This document shows, piece by piece, positions 50,875 through 63,134 of a stretch of DNA of 64,000 nt (position 1 is its first letter; every line of letters starts with the position of its first letter). The notes under the pieces were generated by a model, which did not search any database, was not told the DNA's origin, and saw only the letters and a program-made list of their open reading frames with translations. The position numbers and the translations under genes were made by a program. Source of the DNA: Nymphaea colorata (taxonomy: Eukaryota); NCBI RefSeq assembly GCF_008831285.2, contig NC_045138.2:14942001-15006000 (forward strand), read 5' to 3'.

Positions 50875-53272
50875 ATCTTTCAAATGGATCCCGCGATTGA
50901 TCATCTCAGCTTTCGAGGGTTAGATAAGTGTCACGGTTTGATGGAGACGATGGCTGAAACGGTCTAAATGCCACATGTTCTAGTTCTTCCATTACTCATA
51001 CTCCCGGAGGTGAAAGGCTAGTCTCTAGAGTTTGTTTATCAGGAAAGGCTATACGAGAGGTTAGGTGGGTGTAGAGAATCATTCCATTTAGAGAAAAGAT
51101 ATCGAAATCAGGAGAAACCATGACCAACCCATTTGGAACCCTAAATTCATTATCTTTTCCTTGTTAACCATTTTTGTTATTGATAATTAAACTGGTCGGC
51201 ATGCACCAGAAGCTTGGATGAATAGAATAAAGATGTCATGACTCAGTTTCAAATGCTTCCAAAAGAATGGCCCCCTTTTGCTTGCTTTTCGTTTTTTCTT
51301 TTTTTATTTAACAGAACAAGATGCCTAAGCATGTTCTTATTTATGAAACTACATGGTTAGAATCATACCTCTCTTTCATGAGTTTGACAGGTAACTATGA
51401 CCCTTTAATTTCTACCACAACATGGGGACCTTGTTTATCATAATCTGAATTAACATTAGCCAGGTGTTCAGATTTTGCTGTGGCATCGGCTGGCATATGG
51501 TTCTCGAAGGTGGCACGGACTGACAATTCTTCGACACTCGAGACGATAACGTCGATTCGGCTCAAAACCTCTATGAGTATAAAGGCCACAGTTGCAAGAG
51601 GGAGTAGGTCCATTAGAGCTGGGCCTGTAACAGTGTCTCCATGTGCAGTATGAAAATTGGGATGAGCTTGAGGCAGCGACTTGAGGGCCGTATACAGTTC
51701 CATGGCGGCATCATTGGCAGAGTCGATCAGGGGCTCAATGGAGGACGGTCTGTTCATGCTGTCTATGTCCATTGAGAGCTGCTTCAAGACCATTGATGAC
51801 AATGAGCTTACCTTTAAGCGTGGCACCTTTAGTTGTTGGCGAAGAGCTTTGGGTGCCTACATATGGAGAAAAACACTCATCCTGCCTATTTTCTGTTCTT
51901 ATTGTTACTGCATGTCACTTTAAAGAATATGCAGCAACAGGCACATGCCTCTCCCTCTCTCTTACACACATGGGACTGGTTTAGTTTATTACAAATTTCA
52001 AAAGCGGAGATGACAGAGAGAGACTTTACTTTGTGTTCTGACTTGGTTGCTGCATTGAGTGCTTCAACACAGTAAGCACAAGCCCGAGTGGCTGCACTGA
52101 CCTTCAGGGATTGCTTCCATGGATGAAGAAACCCAAACCGCCCATGTGCAGGTTCCCATCGAGCAAGGTTTGCCTTGAAAAAACATGGGCATTCTTTAGT
52201 TAGGTAAAGGGTTCATTCACTACATAGAAAAAGCTCAAATAAATAGAAATCATGCATTTCTCACCTAATCAGCCACACCTGCATGTATAGTTAGCGGGCA
52301 ACATACACTTGCATACACACGCACACATATTGGCACACACAACAGAGAGATGTATCTATGGGTGCTCGTTCTGTGATGGTGTTGTACCATTGATTTAGTG
52401 ATCTGTGATGAATTTTGAAATTGGAAAGAAACTACTTATAGATGCAGGATGAGTAATGGGTAACTTCCACAGGAAAGCTAAACATTTTATATTGATGTAT
52501 TTGGTTTCTCACCATCAATTCCTCTTTAGCCTTCGGATCAAGCACCGCTCTGTATCCTTGAAGACCAGAAGTATCCATAGTTTTGAGTTCGTCCCCTTTT
52601 TCCTCTTCATTAAAGTACTCCTCGACACAACCTGAAATTCCACATTTCATACTTCATAGCCTCACAAGCCTTCGATTGAAAATTGATTATAAAGTAGAGA
52701 TAAAGATGAAAAAGTTAGTTCAGGTCTTCGATTGAAAATTGATTATAAAGTAGAGATAAAGATGAAAAAGTAAGTTCAGGCCTAAAGGTTTCTCGGTTTA
52801 TAGTTTCTCCACCTGTCTGGGGCATAAATTTCAAATTTTTGAATCGAAAAACTTCCAGATTTTTTATCGTCCCAAATTGGCCTAACATGCCTGCCCAAGA
52901 AAGATGCTCAGATTTTGGCCACAGGAAAATCATAATATAGATTTTATATTTTTAGTTGGTATGCATGGTGATTATATATCTCAATGCTTACGTTCTAAGA
53001 CTCCATATATAACTCTTGGAATCTGCATACTAAGAAAATATGGCCACCACCATCAGACACTTGGTTAATACAATTAGACAACTAACCAAAGTTGCCGTAG
53101 GTAAAGCAGTATCTCAGGAAGATGGATGAGAGCTACAATTTTGAGTTCACAACTTTCATTCTCAATCTTTCTTTATGATACATTTCTTGCACTATCTACT
53201 TAAATCGTGTACCGAAAAATGTTTTCATCATTCTTTATACATGTTTTATTTTTCTGCCTTTTCGTGTGTGTG

Positions 53273-53345
<73 letters not shown>

Positions 53346-53346
53346 G

Positions 53347-53541
53347 CAGGGGCGGAGGGAGGGGGGGCCGCCTGGGCCTTGGCCCGGGTGAGCGCATGAT
53401 TTTTTTTTTTAATATTGAAAAAATCAAATTTTTTTAGTTTGGCCTAACCTGTCGCTCTTCTTCACCCGACCTATCGCTCTTCTTTGCCAGACCTGCGAAC
53501 TGTTTGACCTGTCCTTGAAAAAAATCTTGGATCCGCCCTTG
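53347..53541. mobile_element. hAT-type MITE (CAGGGGCGGA...TCCGCCCTTG)
   Basis: 10-bp imperfect TIRs. 8-bp TSD TATACAGG (53339-53346) / TATATAGG (53542-53549). The site is empty in the paralogous intron of ALMT copy 1. Confidence 0.85.
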
Positions 53542-55375
53542 TATATAGGTATGTATTTGTTAGAAAGAATACATAGAGTAAGATAAGTTACTGATGCATG
53601 AGCCATTTTGTGAAGAGTGAATGGTCAAGTTGAAAACTTGGAGGACAAAAAGTCTCACGGGGCAAAAAATGAGTCTAAGCCCAAGCAATTCTCCTCATTG
53701 ATTGATTGATTGGCCTGGTTGGCGCAAGACTGGAATCAAATGAAATGGAATGAGTTTGCCAAACAAGTAAGAGAAAAAAAAGGGGGAACTTAACCCAAAG
53801 GAGGAGAAAATACGGACCTTCCAAAGAATCAGCAAGTGTCTGCAAGTTGACATTGAGTTGTGCAGATCTCCTCCTGCCCACGCAGGACATATCACTATAG
53901 ACACAATCAAACACAAAGAGCCACCAACCACTACAGTGGAGACAAGTTCCCACGCCAACTTGAATAGTTTCTCCTCTCGAGACCAGGCTCAATGTCAGAA
54001 TGAAGATCAAGGCTCCATAGTCATATTTGACTTTAATTTCTGGAAAGAATCTTGAAGTAGACGCTGAAGCTGCACTCAGTCGGGTTGATATGTTCAATAT
54101 TCAAACAAACAGGTCAAGAGCAAAGAAAATGTAAAGAAATTCAGAAGACCAAGTTTGTGATTTCTGCTAACTTTTCGTTCTGATTACCAAGTAAGAAGAT
54201 GGAGGCACCAAGGATTATGGGTTCATCTTTTTCCCAGCAAGGCTGGCTATGTAATGGACTCCAAGACCCAGTGATCCAGCAACTAGAGTTCCAAATGCTC
54301 TGCTAAGACCTTTGCTTAAAGTTCCACCTTAGCCATTAAAAGAAGCTAGATATTAGCAATTTCTATAAAAAAAAATCTTAAACAATATCTAAAAGAGTTT
54401 ATGTAGTTCATTATAGAAGGTGTACAGATGATCTTAAAAGAAAAATTAATAGTTCCATATTCCTAATATATTAACGCACTCCCATTTGAGCTCATGTGAA
54501 ATGCACTAAGACAAGGAGTTTTGAAGAATTATAGCATCATCAAATGTAATTTAACGCTGCAATCATTGGGTAATGCTCAAAACCTTAATAACAAAAATTG
54601 CTACATTTTACAACATCGCACACTCTTGATGTATTTTCCTTTCCGAAAAATTGAACAGATGTGTTATCCTTACAATTATAAGGACATATGTGTTAGGCCC
54701 CAAAATTCTTATCAATTCATTTTGGAAAATCCTTAAAGTTATTCTTCTAAGGGAGCATGAAATTATACCAACCCACGTAGACAAGGCTTTAGGTGACCTT
54801 CCATTTTTACTTTATGGCAGAGCAAAGGGAATCATGTTAAAAGCCTGCGAACTTCAAAAATTTTTTTTTTTTGTTGCTGTTCTTTGAAGTTGAAATCCCC
54901 TCGTTCATTTCATTAATAAAAGAAGAAAAACACTGCCAATTTCAATCAAATCAATCTAGCTTAATTTCAATTTTGTTAACCATATTTTAAACAAAAAGCG
55001 TAGCCCATATATAAAAAAAACCGAGAAATTTAAAACTGATTTTTAAGATCAGAAACAAAATCATTAAAAGCTCTTATACTGTTAAACTAGACAACTACTA
55101 CTACTTATTGACAGAGTTAATATCTGTTGTTGTTGCGCCAAATTAATGATCAAAGAATTACAAGTATATATCTTAGCTACAAAAGCGAACCATTATGCAA
55201 GCAATTAAAGGTAATAAGAAAACAAGCAGTAGGGACTCGCTTACCAACAATATATTAAAAAACGACAGCTACTGTTATGACAGCCCACATGGCATTTCCT
55301 TCCATGCCTTCATAGAGAGGCCTCATGAAATAGAAGATCGTGACAATGGTGAGTGCGCACCTTGAAGGCATGACA

Positions 55376-58370
55376 TATTGTTCGCATCATCAAAATTTTT
55401 GGTATTTTGGTTTTTGAAATACTCGAAAAAAATGAGTTTTGTTTTGAAAATGAAAGATAAAGGGACTCACTTGTCGATACGAGAATCAACCGTTCATGGC
55501 GCTTTTACCTGGAGTAATCAATCCAAGGGTTAATATCTATCATTGATGCATTTCATTTTTGCTTAAACATCTTTTCATTTTATATGCGGTGTAGTGATTG
55601 AGAAAATGTTGAAGATTTCACGTTTGAAGACTTTGAGAAGTTCTTTGTAAATATTAAGAAAATTTTGGAGGTCTATTTTTGAAGTTGCTTTAGTGTTCTC
55701 TTAAGACTTTAAGTAGGTTTGAGATTTTGTTCTAATTCGGTTACCACTTAGTTAGAGTTTTATCTTCTCTTCCTTAAGTTCTTTGGAGTGGTGCTTGTGA
55801 TCATCAATGATGTTAAGTAAGTGTAATGCATGAATGCATTAATCGTAGGTGATTAAAACATTCCTACCACAACATTCGTCTAAAATGCATTCATACCATA
55901 TCATACCTTTAAGTTTTTTGTTTTGATTGAGGTTGTGGACCATCAAGCCATGAATTCAATGTTGAGACATTACTTGCGTTTTGGTCTTAGTGAAGTCGTT
56001 AAATGAAAATAATATTGAAAGAAAAATATGTTCAAAGGAATGAACGATAGAGTCCTAATCAAAAGAGAAAGATGGAGAAAAAAAAAGAGAAAAATATTTT
56101 GAAGATCAATAAATTAGAGATTTTAAGGTGAGGAAGAGGTACATACTTTTGTATGCATACATGTATATATGAATATGTGTATATATGTGTACACATAATG
56201 CGATCACCTTGCGTGATTGCAAAATGCGATCGCGCAAGTGCGTATCGCGCGGTGCAAAAAAAATCTTTTTATTTTTTAAATTAAATGAAATTCCATAAAA
56301 TATATAAAAAATGTTATTTATATAGAAAGCATAATATATTTTTTATTTAAAATGTAAAAAAGGTTTTTCAAGTAAAAACATAAAAATTCACTTTTTTTGT
56401 TTAATTTATCTAAAAGGCATATAAAATATTTTTTTTTGGTTATAAAAGGTTGGTTGACTCCATTTTAAGCGACTCCGAACTCGCTCCAAATCCGATTTTG
56501 GTTTAGTCGGACGTCGACTCATTCGAGCATGCAACTTGGGATCAAAAAATGTTTTCGCGTGAGAAATGAGTTCTTAAAGCAAAGGGAAGGTCCGTGCATG
56601 CGCGACGCTCAAATTTTGTCGTTTCAAACTTGATTCGAATTTTGGGTCTGAAATGCTCAATTTGGATCTGAAATTGGGTTTTGTGTTTTAATAAAAGAGC
56701 GTATTATTTAAAAAAAATTGAGGGTGATTACAGATGTCCCTCTTTGTTACGTGCTAGCCGTGCTTAGTGACAAAGATAAGCGCATCAAATTTTTCAAACA
56801 AAATATGTGCAAAGTGATGTCTCAGGTTACTCCCCCTCACTTCAATTGGTTGTTTGAGCTTGAATTGCAAGTTTAACCCCTTACATGCATGAGTTTGTCA
56901 ATATTGAATTCAGGTTTAACCCTTTGAAATGAGTTGCCTTGGCTAGCATTGTAGGTTTGACCCCTTACCTACGTGGGTTGCCTTCATATTGCAGGTTTAC
57001 CTATTACCTGCATGGGTGGGTTGCTTCGAAAAGCCCTTGGCCAAACGGCCAAGTTGCGCTTGCTCCATAAGGTTTTTTTGTCTAATGACAAGGTTAAACA
57101 AGACTATATTCAAGCAATGAAACAACATGAAAATGAAATATTACTTCACATTCTCATGCTCTCAATGCCCTTAACAATAGTTTTTTGACTTTAAAATAGA
57201 GATTTTAGGCTATCTTATATGAATGAAGAAATGAATAAGGGAGAAAATGAAGAAACCAAAATAATGCTATATTCAATAAAAGAGAGAATATAATTCAATC
57301 ATGAAATGAGCTTATCTTTCTACGATCCCGGTGCACTCTTGTATAGCTTCTTCACTCAAGAATAGAGATTTGAAGACTATAGCCATAGAGAGAGGAAGAA
57401 GGAAAAAAAAAAAAAAGGAAAAAAGTGGAATGAGATTTGGGTTACATACTTCTAAATGAGAAAGGCTTAGAGGAAATGAGCACCTTAGCTTTGATTGATC
57501 CTAGGTCTCATTGAGTGAAGCTCTATGATGATGACAACGTAGCCTTCAAGAGATCTTCGTGCTAGTTATTACTCAAGACGGAGGAAAATAGGGGTATTTA
57601 TAGAGAGTTTTAGAGCCAAAACTCAAAATTTGAATTTTTTTTTAATTTCACAATATTTTTATCCGAATTTCAAAAAATTTTGAATTATTTTCAAAAAATA
57701 GGTTTTGACTAAATGGGATAGGCCATTAGCCCTGCAAACACCCTTTTGAGGTGTGGGCAGGGCTATTGCGGTTTTCGCAAGAAAAGAGGAGGGGCTTGCA
57801 CTGTTGCAGGCCCCGGTCGGGCGCTGTCGTGCGCCAGGCGCAACAGCGCACCGTAGCATCGCTGGCAATCGCGTAATGCAATCGCCCTGCGCGATTGCAT
57901 GTCGTGCGGAGAAAAAAAATCTTTTTATTTTTTTTAAGTTAAATGAAATTCAATAAAATATATATAAAAATTATTTATATAGGAAGCATAATATATTTTT
58001 TTATTTAAATTGTAAAAAAGGTTTTTCAAGTAAAAACATAAAAATTCATTTTTTTGTTTAATTTATCTAAAAGGCATATAAAACAATTTCTTTTTAGTTA
58101 TAAAAGGGTGGTCGACTCCATTTTGAGCGACTCAGAACTCACTCTAAATCCGATTTTGGTTTAGTCGGTTGTCAACTTGTTCGAGCGTGAGACTTGGGTT
58201 TAGAAATTGACGTGAGAAATGACTTCTTAAAGTGAAGGGAAGGTCCGTGCACACGCGACACTCAAATTTTGTCGTTTCCAACTTGATTCGAATTTTAGGT
58301 CTGAAATGCTCATCTGAACTTGTGTTTTGTGTTTTGATAAAAAAGCGTATTATTTAGAAATATTTGGGGA
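55376..58370 (-). mobile_element. Non-coding LTR-retrotransposon relic (Ty3/Ogre-Tat-like) inserted in exon 1 of the ALMT pseudogene
   Basis: Absent from ALMT copy 1. The segment 55379-56732 is bounded by TGT...ACA. On the minus strand a polypurine tract AAAGAGGGACATC (56745-56733) abuts TGTAATCACCC. A ~470-bp direct repeat (about 56255-56720 vs 57910-58365) looks like a second, partial LTR. A minus-strand CTATAAATACCCC lies near 57603-57591. No gag/pol ORF. Confidence 0.7.
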
Positions 58371-59898
58371 CACCTTCTCCCATACAGTCTTCATACTTGT
58401 GCTTACTGTCGTTTTTGTGCTTGCAGCACCTCGAAAGATGCATGCAAAGATTCCATCCTTTTGTTCCCCTCCAACGCCCTTCAATGGAAATATTTCATTC
58501 GTTTGCACACATCAAACCATGGCTCTCTCGCTTGCTCTCTCTCTAAAGGTTGTTTGGTTATCACCTAGGTGTCAAAGTGATATATGAGAATGATATGCTT
58601 TTGGCTTGTGTTCTTATGCACCGTACGGCTTCAAAACTGGTGTTTGCAGAAATTGAAGTCCCTTTAAGTGGGGATGACTCATCCAAAGTTTTTTGAACGA
58701 GGAACTTTTTCCAGTACTTCCCACGGTCCATCTAGGCCCTTCGTTTCCCAATTCTTCTGGTTCCTTCTGCTTTATGAATTTCTAGCTAGCTTTGTTGTTA
58801 ATTCGGGAGCTGTATTGTTCTTCAAATATTACAGATACCAACCTGCATTTCTACTATTAAATCAGCTTGAGTCTGCCATTTTCAGATATATATTCTTCTT
58901 TTCTTGGCTTATTGCAGCAAGAAACTGAATACTGTACACCAAACTGATGATAAAATACAAGGATTGATTGAGAAATACATTCAGTTTTAAGTGTAGAAAA
59001 AGTACCCAGCTTTGACGGATTGTATCATATATCCAAGCAAAATTGTTTCTCAAACGTTACTGACCTTAACTCAGCTGGAGAATTTGTAAAGGATGCTGCT
59101 GCATATGGATCTTGCGACCTAAACTTTTTCATATTTAACTGCAAGCAGGAATAGTCGATTCAAAAACATGGAAAGTCAATTTTATGATCCAAAACCAACG
59201 TCCAATTAATACAACTTTAGATCCAATTATGAGAGGTGCAGGACTAATATTCAAGTGATTCATGGTCTATGCCTTATTTATGAAGTTGGTCTATGACCAA
59301 GAAAAATTGAGTTCCCATGAAGCTATATGCTTATCAAATTCAGCAGTACCTTCCTTATCTTAAACGGCAAGGTCATCACCCTAACCAGGTTAGTCCATTT
59401 TTTGAGGAAATTTAGACAGCGCACGATACTGAAAATTGAAATAGACAGAATGACATGATCTTATAGTCACAAAAACAAGCCATACTAAAAATGAGCCTGA
59501 AATAATTTTCTTGTTTCACCTTTGAAGATTAAAAGAAAACATAGATGCTTACATGGTTTGGGGTACTGCAAATGAGTTTGATATCAATTTTCTTGAACTT
59601 TGGACATAAAGAGAAGGCACCAAGTAGGCATTTTTTTCACATTTAGGTCACGAACATGATACCAGGATCATGAAAAAATTTCAAGAAGTTGCTGAACGTT
59701 TAAGCAAATAACAAACCTTTTTAAAAGTTAGCAAATAGTCATTCAACTTTTAAGAGATGTTTCCAAGGAGCCGCCCGTAGGGAGAAGAAAATTATTTTTT
59801 GATATAAAATAAAATATACCTCCATAAACAACAGTTCTTTACTTGCTGACAAAAGATAGTTTTGTCTTCAAGAAAGGTGCTTTAGTCAGTCTCATATA

Positions 59899-60913
59899 GG
59901 TTTTGATGTGCACCACCACGTAAAAATGATTAGACTCAAATCACATTCAATTAAAATAAAAGATTTCAAGGACTCACATACAGAATGGTCTACACCAGTT
60001 AAGACAGTAACTCGTGGAGCTAATGGGGACTGCAACTTCACCCTCAACCAGCCTTGCAATTTTGAGTTTTATCTTTTGCGTTTTAAACGCAAACTGACAC
60101 CCATCTGCAAATGCCTAAAAGAATATACTTTTCCCTGTAATTTTTCCTCCTTTGCAAGTAGCGTTAAAATTACGCGATATTTTTCTCTTTTGTTTTGTTT
60201 TTTTGTAAGAAAATCGTGACTTACTGGTCCACGCTCTTCTATTTATATCTTTTTCATCGCAGTTTGCGGCAACAATATTTCTGTCTACTTTGCAGCAGAT
60301 CAACTTTCTTCCTTTTGAGGAAAAAATAGGACGGACGTAAACCGTCCAGTTTCTTCTTATTTAACTTAATGTCTATCTAACTGGTGTAAGTGGAAGTCAG
60401 TAAGTGGAAGCGGACACCATAGTATTACTGACTTCCACTTAACACCAGTTAGACATTAAGTTAAATAAGAAGAAACTTGACGGTTTACGTCCGTCCTATT
60501 TTTTCCTCAAAAGGAAGAAAGTTGATCTGCTGCAAAGTAGACAGAAATATTGTTGCCGCAAACTGCGATGAAAAAGATATAAATAGAAGAGCGTGGACCA
60601 GTAAGTCACGATTTTCTTAAAAAAAAACAAAACAAAAGAGAAAAATATCGCGTAATTTTAACGCTACTTGCAAAGGAGGAAAAATTACAGGGAAAAGTAT
60701 ATTCTTTTAGGTATTTGCAGATGAGTGTCAGTTTGCGTTTAAAACGCAAAAGATAAAACTCAAAATTGCAAGGCTGGTTGAGGGTGAAGTTGCAGTGCCC
60801 CATTAGCTCCACGAGTTACTGTCTTAACTGGTGTAGACCATTCTGTATGTGAGTCCTTGACATCGGATGTGATTTGAGTCTAATCATTTTTATGTGGTGG
60901 TGCACATCAAACC
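59899..60913. mobile_element. ~1-kb near-perfect inverted repeat (foldback / long-TIR element)
   Basis: The left arm 59899-60403 (GGTTTTGATGTGCACCACCAC...GGAAGTCAGTAA) is the reverse complement of the right arm 60425-60913, with a few substitutions and small indels. The spacer is 21 nt (60404-60424). TA flanks both sides. Confidence 0.9.
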
Positions 60914-61523
60914 TAACCTCCTACTGAAAAGAGAAGACGTCCAACAAATAGCTTTCTTTTTGCCAAAAAGAAGGCTATTTCTTGGTCGTATAACCCAGCC
61001 CCAACTAAAGAGAAATCTTTTGATTTAATAGTAGGAATGCAGGTTGGTATCTGTAAAATTTGAAGAACAATACAGCTCCCGGCGTCATGAGCTTTCTTAT
61101 TTTGAGGCTTGTCCGACGGTTAATCTTACTCTTTTTTTTTTTCTTTTTTCTCCAACAATGGAAATGAGAAAAAGAAGATTCAAAATAGAAAAATATTTGT
61201 TGGGGCTGTGTTAATGAGGTGTGCGAACTCTGCAAAGATTCAAAATGAGAAAAAGAAGATTCAAAATAGTCGTCATTCAGACTGGTTTGTTTTGAGGCCA
61301 TGACTCTAAAAATAAGAAAAGGTGTGCAAAAAGAGAGCGACTTCTTCGACGTCTTCTGTTTTCAATACCTCAACCCCAACTCCGTTTCAGAATCTTTGTT
61401 GTTGGAAAAATATAAAAGACAGAAATGCCCATTAGCTCAAACAAACGAGTATAAAATTTACTTATTTATATATATATTGTACTTCTTGAAAAATGAGAAT
61501 TTCTATAACAGTGCCTTATAACC

Positions 61524-61677
61524 AGAAATTTCTGGTTTTGTCATTGTTTGTGGTCAAACTTAGTTTGACTTCTTGAACAAAGTTATGTGAGGATATAAAA
61601 CAAGAAATTTCTGGTTTTGTCATTGTTTGTGGTCAAACTTAGTTTGACTTCTTGAACAAAGTTATGTGAGGATATAA
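61524..61677 (+). repeat. Tandem duplication, period 79 bp
   Basis: AGAAATTTCTGGTTTTGTC...GAGGATATAA at 61524 and 61603. Confidence 0.9.
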
Positions 61678-62004
61678 GGATGTCAATATAATTGATCTGA
61701 GTAGTATATTTGATTGAAACATATCAAAAACTAGCTAGCTTTCTACAACACAACCCATGCATCAAGCTGGCGGACCGCTAGTGTCTGCCATTGATCTGAT
61801 CCATCCATTCCAAGGACTTATGTCGATTTCGGCTGAAGCATGGTGCGAACTCTCACCCACATACTCACACTCTCTCTTTTTATTACATAAATAACATGGA
61901 TTCCTCCAGCTGTGAGAGGAATCCCTCTCACACATGCAACCCAATGTCTTTTTTTTTTTTAGTTTGGGCTTTGTTAATGAGGAGGATGAGAATCCAGTGC
62001 TTTA

Positions 62005-62016
62005 TACATATATACA

Positions 62017-62086
<70 letters not shown>
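62005..62086. repeat. Compound (CA)n(TA)n microsatellite
   Basis: Visible directly. Other (TA)n tracts lie near 9070-9110, 10697-10740 (TA/GA), 26003-26041 and 53281-53342. Confidence 0.9.
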
Positions 62087-62090
<4 letters not shown>

Positions 62091-63134
62091 TTACAGATTT
62101 TTCCAATCTAAGTTTAAACTTAAAATCTTCAGTCCTCAGCACACGACTCTATACAATATATATATACACTCATTTTCTCTTTTGGATTAGTGTACAAAGA
62201 AGGCAAATGTAAAACAAATTTAATAGCCCATGCTTGAGAAAATAAAAATAATAATAGTGCATCTATTAATTCTCCAACCAGCCACTCTCCACAGCCACCC
62301 ACCTCCAACTTCCAAAATAAAAACACAAAATAAGATTTATCTTGACTTTAAAAATAAAAAATAAAAAAAGAGAACAAGAATTTCTAATTTCTTCCAAAAA
62401 ACTTCTATCTTTTCACTCAAAATTTTTAGACTAAAAGTAAGCAAAGGAACATCAATGCCTTAGCTTGCCTCCCTTGATAAAATCAAATAGAAGTGCTTCT
62501 TTTCTTCTATTTAGCTCAAGCAAACTACACTATAAACTAAAGTTGCCTCACAATTATGTGTGTTAAAATTAAAATATAGAAAATAATACCTTCTTTTTTT
62601 CCTTTTAGTTGGGTTCAAGAGTTCTAAAATTACTCTAGAAAGGATTGAAACCTTATTAAAATGTGGTTAAAATTTGATTAGTAAAAAACTGTGTGGTCTA
62701 GGATGTTTAAAAAGGAAAGGGTTAATGAAGCTATATGCTTTTCTGGTGTGAAGTGGTTTTTAAGTTCTTGAGTAGATATTCTTGAAGGTTGAGGCTTCTT
62801 AACTGAATGAGATTCCTTATTTTAGAGATTAAATCATGAGCTCTTTGGCTGTAACGAATCAACCTCATGATTCTGTAGGTCTGTCATCATCTTTTTTAAT
62901 GTCAAATTAATAAATGTTTGCTATATTATGGTCAGATTCTTCTGTTGTTTTAGAGAAGTTTACTTCTATGGCTGTGAATTTCTGTCAATGGATATGGATG
63001 ATGCTACTTTGCTTATTACAGAGTTTCCTCCACTGATATTTGGCATCGAAACATGCAGTTTTCTATTTAATTTTTAGTTATTGTGTTTTTAAAATTGGCT
63101 TACATGTACAATCTCTATGCATGTGCTATTTCAG

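Larger units (their letters stand above)
51395..58520 (-). pseudogene. ALMT pseudogene (duplicate of the 28555-32615 gene)
   Basis: Homologous exons at 58520-58371 plus 55375-55245, 54327-54188, 54069-53818, 52631-52513, 52173-52030, 51856-51395. Lesions in exon 1: TGA at codon 3 (58514-58512), a ~3 kb insertion with loss of 33 bp including the DDPRR codons, a 5-bp deletion, and GAA>TAA at 55257-55255. Exon 2 has a 1-bp deletion. Exon 3 has 3+14+1+3 bp of deletions. Confidence 0.93.
50874..59898 (+). repeat. Segmental duplication, copy 2 (ALMT pseudogene plus flanks, with later insertions)
   Basis: Direct sequence match to 28035-34080, interrupted by the MITE at 53347-53541 and the insertion at 55376-58370. 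Confidence 0.93.

Noticed and set aside
59908..60812. Paired ORFs on opposite strands
   Set aside because: Mirror products of the inverted repeat, with no transposase motifs.
61899..61935. Overlapping 9-bp hairpins (GGATTCCTC/GAGGAATCC, TGTGAGAGG/CCTCTCACA)
   Set aside because: Too short for a pre-miRNA and no supporting context.
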